The notes beneath the pieces were generated by a model that was not told where the DNA came from, searched no databases, and saw only the letters and a list, made by a program, of their open reading frames with translations. A program made the translations under genes and the position numbers. Shown in pieces: positions 58,893 to 64,000 of a DNA stretch of 64,000 bases; within the stretch, counting starts at the first letter, position 1, and every line of letters begins with the position of its first letter. The stretch is from a bacterium. Lineage in GTDB: Bacteria > Zhuqueibacterota > Zhuqueibacteria > Residuimicrobiales > Krinioviventaceae. The stretch covers positions 2,848,001 to 2,912,000 of the forward strand of contig CAXXMD010000003.1 in the NCBI GenBank assembly GCA_963675755.2, in the 5' to 3' direction.

Positions 58893-60323
58893 ATGGGTGA
58901 GAGAGACCGTATATTTAAAAATTTCATGTTCCTGTTAGTTGGTGGTATTATTGCCAGTCTGGTTGAATTTGCAGTAGAGATTGTTCTGGCCCGGCGTTTA
59001 TCAGATACGGGATATGGTCACTGGTCTTATGCTCAGTCAGTTTTTATTTATCTGATCCTGATTGTAGATATGGGGCTTGCAGTGTATGGCGCACGCGAGA
59101 TAGCGCGTTACAGAGACCAAATCAATCGGTTTATGACAAATATTGTAATGGTGCGAACGCTTGTGGCTGTGATTCTTTCTGCTGTGTTGTTTTTATACAT
59201 TTTGAGATCGGGGATCCCTGCGCATTTAAAAACGCTCTATTTGGGTGGTTTTACCATACTAATTGCGCTGGCCTGGAATCCTGAATTCGTTTTTCAGGGT
59301 ATTGAAAAAATGGCGGGTATAGCGCTGTGGCGCGTTCTGAATTATATGTTCTTTTTTATTATTGTTCTGCTGATTGTTCATGGTCCCGATGATCTGCAGA
59401 GGGTTTCCTGGCTCCGTGGAGTTTCGTATATAGGTGCAGCTCTGATATTGTGGTTGATCATTGCAAAAATATCAGGTATACCGCGTTTCAGCGATATTTC
59501 AGTTCTTTCGTGGATTCCCATGTTAAAAGTGTCTGTATTTATTGCCGCTTCAACACTCATAGTAAATGTTTATTTTACATTTGATACACTGGTAATTGGC
59601 AAGTTTTTAGGTGCTCAGCAGGTTGGCTGGTATTCGGCAGCGTACAAGGTTGTTGGTCAGTTTTTAGGTTTAGCTATTATGGTACAGGTTGTTTTTGGTC
59701 CTGTTATTTCACGCTGGCGTGACAATACTCCTAAATTGGATTGGCTTACCTCTGCGCTACAGGTGGTAATGCTTTATCTAGGTGGATTGATTGCAGGGGG
59801 TTTGTATTTTATCTCGGATGTTTTAATAATCCGTTTGTATGGACAGGAATTTGTACAATCGGTTTTTATTTTTCAAGTACTGCTGGTTGTGATTTTTTTG
59901 TTCTTTTATCAGACAATCTATACAACGCTATTGCTTTATAGCGGAAAAGAGCGGTTGTACCTGTGGAGCATGTCTGCAGGAGGTGTGGTGAACTTGGTGC
60001 TGAATTTAATAGTTGTCCCCATATGGGGAATGATAGGGGCACTGATTGCAACAGTTTTCAGCCATTTGGTGATTGCTGGAATTGCCTTTATATTTTATCG
60101 ATACAGGATTCAAAAACAACTGCATCATATAAATTGGGTTGTAATTTTTGTAAAAATGATTTTATTTTTTGTGATGCTGGTAATAGCTTCTTTGATCAAT
60201 AATGCTTATTTTGCATGTATATTGTTTTGTTCAGGTTTTACAGTTTTATATGTTGTAATGAATTTTCAAAAAATCTCAAATGTTTTTAATGGACTGGTGA
60301 CTAACGGAGAACGTTTAAATTAA
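58893..60323 (+). CDS. wzx: Polysaccharide flippase (Wzx/MATE-like)
   Basis: LARRLS..GYG, DMGL..YGAREIA and D.LVIG..LG..QVGWYSAAYK; about 12-14 TM helices. Confidence 0.88.
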   Translation: MGERDRIFKNFMFLLVGGIIASLVEFAVEIVLARRLSDTGYGHWSYAQSVFIYLILIVDMGLAVYGAREIARYRDQINRFMTNIVMVRTLVAVILSAVLFLYILRSGIPAHLKTLYLGGFTILIALAWNPEFVFQGIEKMAGIALWRVLNYMFFFIIVLLIVHGPDDLQRVSWLRGVSYIGAALILWLIIAKISGIPRFSDISVLSWIPMLKVSVFIAASTLIVNVYFTFDTLVIGKFLGAQQVGWYSAAYKVVGQFLGLAIMVQVVFGPVISRWRDNTPKLDWLTSALQVVMLYLGGLIAGGLYFISDVLIIRLYGQEFVQSVFIFQVLLVVIFLFFYQTIYTTLLLYSGKERLYLWSMSAGGVVNLVLNLIVVPIWGMIGALIATVFSHLVIAGIAFIFYRYRIQKQLHHINWVVIFVKMILFFVMLVIASLINNAYFACILFCSGFTVLYVVMNFQKISNVFNGLVTNGERLN

Positions 60324-61828
60324 TGGCAAATCATGTAGAAAATAATAGTATGCTCAATCTTACCCGGGGTGGTTTGCTTGCTAAAAATACTATGCTGAAT
60401 ATTCTTTTTCAGGGTGTGCCCCTTTTGGTGGCATTAATTACAATTCCTGTTTTGATTAAGGGATTGGGTACCGATCGTTTTGGTGTGCTGAGTATTGCAT
60501 GGATTGTAATGGGGTATTTCAGTCTGTTTGATTTTGGTATTGCCCGGGTATTGATCAAAATGATTGGAGAAAAGCTTGCTGTCGACAAGTATGATGAAAT
60601 ACCAGCCTTGTTTTGGACCGGATTTACATTTTTGTCCATTTTGGGTTTAGTAATGGCTGTTGTTTTGATTTTTCTATCTCATACACTTGTTTATCAGGTT
60701 TTTAAAATACCTCCCGATCTGTTGGGAGAATCGGTCATTGCATTCTGGGCTATATCCGGTTGTATACCGGTTGTTATTACTACTGCCGCCTTGTGGGGAG
60801 TAATGGAGGCAAATCAATCTTTTCTTAAAGTAAATATTGTTCGTACACTAAATACCCTGTTTACTCTATTAATACCGGTTTTGGGATTACTATTTACAAA
60901 CCACATTGGCTATATCATTATCATGCTTACCATTGGCCGGATTGTTTTATGGTTTGTTTCCTTGTATGTTGCGTTGGATGTGCTGGATGTTCTGAAACGC
61001 GGATATATATTTTCCCGTGAACTTGTAAAACCCATTTTAAAACTGGGTGGCTGGATGTCTGTCAGCAATATTATCAGCCCGTTAATGGTGTATTCAGACC
61101 GGTTTTTAATTGGGGCACTATTATCAGTTACTGCAGTGACGTATTATGTTACTCCTTATGAAGTGGTAACAAAAATATTAATGGTGGCCATTGCTTTGAA
61201 CCGGGTTTTGTTTCCCGCATTTTCTGCAAGTTATGATCTGGACAGAACCCGCGCAGCTCGAATTTATGAGTGGGGAAGAAAGTTGTTATGGGTTTTCATG
61301 TTCCCCATTATATTGTTAATTGTACTTTTTGCAAAAGAAGGATTGCAAATTTGGGTAGGGAACGACCTGGCCACTCAAAGTACATTGGTGATGCAATTGC
61401 TTGCACTGGGAGTTTTTCTGAATGCACCCGCACAGGTTTCGCTTAGCCTTATTCAGGCCGCAGGAAGACCGGATATAACTGCCAAGCTTCATTTGATAGA
61501 AACCCCATTATATTTTTTAATGTTTGTATTTATGGTTGACAAGATGGGCATTAATGGCGCGGCTTTGACATGGTCCGCACGTGTATTGCTTGATTCTGTT
61601 TTAATGCATTATTTTGCCGGTAAATTACTGGATATGAAACAATTGAAATTCTTTATCGGTTTGGCCTTTGCCATGATTGTTTTTATAGCTGCCATGGTTA
61701 TTCAATCTACGTTGATTGCTAAATTGTTTTTTGTTGCGGTTATGATTCCTGTTTTATTGCTATTTGTCTTTAAATGGTGGTTTGAAAAAGCTGAATTGAA
61801 ACAGGTTTTGCAGTTCAGGAGAAATTGA
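60323..61828 (+). CDS. wzx: Second polysaccharide flippase (Wzx/MATE-like)
   Basis: LG.DRFG..SIAW..GYFSLFDFG and SDRFLIG..LS..AVTYY..PYE motifs. Confidence 0.88.
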   Translation: MANHVENNSMLNLTRGGLLAKNTMLNILFQGVPLLVALITIPVLIKGLGTDRFGVLSIAWIVMGYFSLFDFGIARVLIKMIGEKLAVDKYDEIPALFWTGFTFLSILGLVMAVVLIFLSHTLVYQVFKIPPDLLGESVIAFWAISGCIPVVITTAALWGVMEANQSFLKVNIVRTLNTLFTLLIPVLGLLFTNHIGYIIIMLTIGRIVLWFVSLYVALDVLDVLKRGYIFSRELVKPILKLGGWMSVSNIISPLMVYSDRFLIGALLSVTAVTYYVTPYEVVTKILMVAIALNRVLFPAFSASYDLDRTRAARIYEWGRKLLWVFMFPIILLIVLFAKEGLQIWVGNDLATQSTLVMQLLALGVFLNAPAQVSLSLIQAAGRPDITAKLHLIETPLYFLMFVFMVDKMGINGAALTWSARVLLDSVLMHYFAGKLLDMKQLKFFIGLAFAMIVFIAAMVIQSTLIAKLFFVAVMIPVLLLFVFKWWFEKAELKQVLQFRRN

Positions 61829-61829
61829 G

Positions 61830-62546
61830 ATGCAAATTGTAACAGTATATAACAATGAGCGTGTTTTGCATGGAGGATTAAAAGCAAGTCATCCCAATAT
61901 TCTCGAAAATACATCCATAACCCTGATCGATAATACCCAGGGTAAATATGCTTCATTTAGCAATGCTGTTCAGGATAATTTGCATCTATTAACAGATGAA
62001 ATACTTGTCATCACGCATCAGGATGTGATCTTTTATGATGATAAAAGCTTTTTGCAAATCCCTGAATGGTGTCATTCAATTGATAATGACGGTTGTTTTT
62101 TTGCAGGAGTCGCAGGTAGAGTAGAAAAAGTTGGATATAAAGAAGGTGTGGGGATAGGAAATATTATTTCCGGTGGCAGTGAAACCGGATTTTTAACAAT
62201 AGACAAACCTCATATAGTCAATACATTTGATGAATGTGTCATGATTACAAATCTAAAAACCATGAAGCAATTTGGATTATTTGAAAACACTGTAATAAAG
62301 TGGCATTTATATGCTGTTGAAGCTTGTACGATTTTGGCAAAAAATGATTTTAAAAGATACGTTCTCCCGGTTCAGGTAAACCATCTTTCAGCTGGAAACT
62401 GTAATACTGATTATTTTTTAGCAGGACAGCATTTGCTGAAAAAACATCAGGTCAATGAATTGTATACCACCAACGGCAAGTTGACCCGCACATCTGTGGT
62501 AACACGGAATTTAAAATATAAAGCAAGAACGATTTTGGGATTTTAA
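61830..62546 (+). CDS. Glycosyltransferase-like protein (GT-A fold)
   Basis: IVTVYNN, THQDV, GVAG, TFDECV, WHLYAVE and HLSAG motifs. Confidence 0.72.
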   Translation: MQIVTVYNNERVLHGGLKASHPNILENTSITLIDNTQGKYASFSNAVQDNLHLLTDEILVITHQDVIFYDDKSFLQIPEWCHSIDNDGCFFAGVAGRVEKVGYKEGVGIGNIISGGSETGFLTIDKPHIVNTFDECVMITNLKTMKQFGLFENTVIKWHLYAVEACTILAKNDFKRYVLPVQVNHLSAGNCNTDYFLAGQHLLKKHQVNELYTTNGKLTRTSVVTRNLKYKARTILGF

Positions 62547-62552
62547 TAAAAA

Positions 62553-63836
62553 ATGTACAAATCGAACAGCTTACAATTTTCATTAAAAGACTCTGGTTTT
62601 ATTGTGCCTATGCTGGCACTGGTCTTGTTTGCGTTCATTCCCATTGATATTCAGATCTATATTATCCTGACATTGTTTTGCTATTTTGTTTTATGGGGAT
62701 TGTCTTTTGAACAGTCTGATAAATTCAAATTAATTGTTTTTGCAGGTTTTACATTAAGGGTTGTATTGATTTTTGTGGATGAATATCTGGGATCCGTCTT
62801 GCAGGAGCAATCTGATCAGATTTTGTACAACTTGGAAGCCAATATTATTCTGGATAATATCAAGAACAATTCTCCCATGTTTTACAATGTCTTTCCGGGT
62901 TTTGGGGTTAAAAGTTACAGCTTTATTATGGGTATGATTTACAAAGTGTTTGGACCTGTTCCTATTTTGCCAAGGCTATTGAATATATTTTTAAATGTAT
63001 GGTCTGGAATTTTATTATACAAAATTTCACGGGAATTGTTTGAAAAATCAAAAATTGCATTGCTGGCAATGGCTCTCTTTATGTTCTGGCCTTCAAACTG
63101 GGCTTTTACATCTTATGCATTACGTGACAGTATGATAATTTTTCTTTCATTTCTGTTAATTACATACTTTATAGATATTGTAAAAAATAAACCAAGATTT
63201 GGCAATATCTTGATGATTGTTTTGATTTATACGCTGAGCACTTTGCTTAGGAATCAAAATTCTTATCTTTATATTGTCATGTTTTTGTTTTATGGGATCT
63301 ATTTGTTCTTTAAATCCAAGGTGAGAAAATCTTACAAGCTATTATTACTTTTTGGGATCTTACTGCTATTACTGTTTGTATATCTGAAATTCAAATTGTA
63401 TATTGACCTGGTTTTGGCGTATCCCTTTGTTGCGCAGCCCTTGAGGGTTGAGGGCGGATCCGCTTACCTGGTTAATATTGAAATGAACAATTACTGGGAT
63501 GTATTCAAGTACTCTCCGATAAGATTTTTTTATTTCACTTTTGGTCCATTTTTGTGGAATGTCCGTACAATATTTCAATTGTTTTCCGCGCTTGAGAGTG
63601 TTGCGCTTTTTATAGTATTTTGGGGCTTTATTCAATATTTTAGAAAATATAAAATACCCAAAAATGAAAATTTACAGATGTTTATTGTTATTTTTTGCCT
63701 TGTTGGATTAATGGCAAATGCAATTGTGGATTCAAATTTTGGTACAGCAATACGGCATCGTTTAAATTACACCAGTTTCTTTTTTGTTTTTTTTAGTGTG
63801 TATATGCAAAATTTTAAAATTCGTTGGATATCTTGA
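62553..63836 (+). CDS. Multi-TM GT-C-like protein, possible Wzy polymerase
   Basis: About 11 TM helices, DQILY, LRDSMI and NFGTAIRHR motifs; position in an EPS locus. Confidence 0.6.
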   Translation: MYKSNSLQFSLKDSGFIVPMLALVLFAFIPIDIQIYIILTLFCYFVLWGLSFEQSDKFKLIVFAGFTLRVVLIFVDEYLGSVLQEQSDQILYNLEANIILDNIKNNSPMFYNVFPGFGVKSYSFIMGMIYKVFGPVPILPRLLNIFLNVWSGILLYKISRELFEKSKIALLAMALFMFWPSNWAFTSYALRDSMIIFLSFLLITYFIDIVKNKPRFGNILMIVLIYTLSTLLRNQNSYLYIVMFLFYGIYLFFKSKVRKSYKLLLLFGILLLLLFVYLKFKLYIDLVLAYPFVAQPLRVEGGSAYLVNIEMNNYWDVFKYSPIRFFYFTFGPFLWNVRTIFQLFSALESVALFIVFWGFIQYFRKYKIPKNENLQMFIVIFCLVGLMANAIVDSNFGTAIRHRLNYTSFFFVFFSVYMQNFKIRWIS

Positions 63837-64000
63837 TGCTCACATCTTTTATCATTGTTACATGGAATACACGAGATTTAACGCTACGCTGTATTCAGTC
63901 CATTTATGAGCAGGAAGCAAATGCTTTTGAAATTCTGGTTGTAGATAATAATTCTATGGATGATACTTGTGAGCAGATAGAACAAAACTATCCTGATGTG
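63836..64000 (+). CDS. Glycosyltransferase family 2 (N-terminal part; continues beyond the window)
   Basis: Manual translation MLTSFIIVTWNTRDLTLRCIQSI..EILVVDNNSMDDT; TGATG coupling with the previous gene. Confidence 0.85.
   Translation, partial: MLTSFIIVTWNTRDLTLRCIQSIYEQEANAFEILVVDNNSMDDTCEQIEQNYPDV

Noticed and set aside
1-64000. tRNA, rRNA, IS/transposase, integrase, prophage or known riboswitch
   Set aside because: None recognised by eye. tRNAscan-SE and Rfam scans would be needed to exclude them formally.

Overview
Bacterial chromosomal window from an AT-rich, probably anaerobic organism. Three proteins end in a FlgD-Ig/T9SS-type 'YPNPFN' C-terminal domain, which suggests an FCB-superphylum lineage such as KSB1, Calditrichota or Ignavibacteria (inference). 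In order, the window contains: a multi-PAS histidine kinase running off the left edge (missing from the ORF track); a 103-aa hypothetical gene preceded by two tandem leader-peptide/terminator units; a secreted beta-helix protein; a TetR-RND efflux operon; an LmbE deacetylase/small membrane protein/Na+:solute symporter module; an ECF sigma/anti-sigma/secretin-like operon; a HerA-like ATPase; oxidoreductases; an [FeFe]-hydrogenase-like/methyl-accepting chemotaxis fusion with a sigma54 promoter; an NtrC-type two-component system; DNA-repair genes (AlkZ-like, MutY-MutT, MazG-like); a double-cubane-cluster reductase with its ATPase activator; housekeeping genes; and a sensor-less sigma54 activator followed by two CTD-bearing surface proteins and a capsule/EPS cluster running off the right edge. 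No rRNA, tRNA, CRISPR array or mobile element was recognised. The best candidate for an undescribed system is the double, Asp-codon-rich attenuator at 3242-3727. All family calls come from motif recognition by eye, not from database searches.
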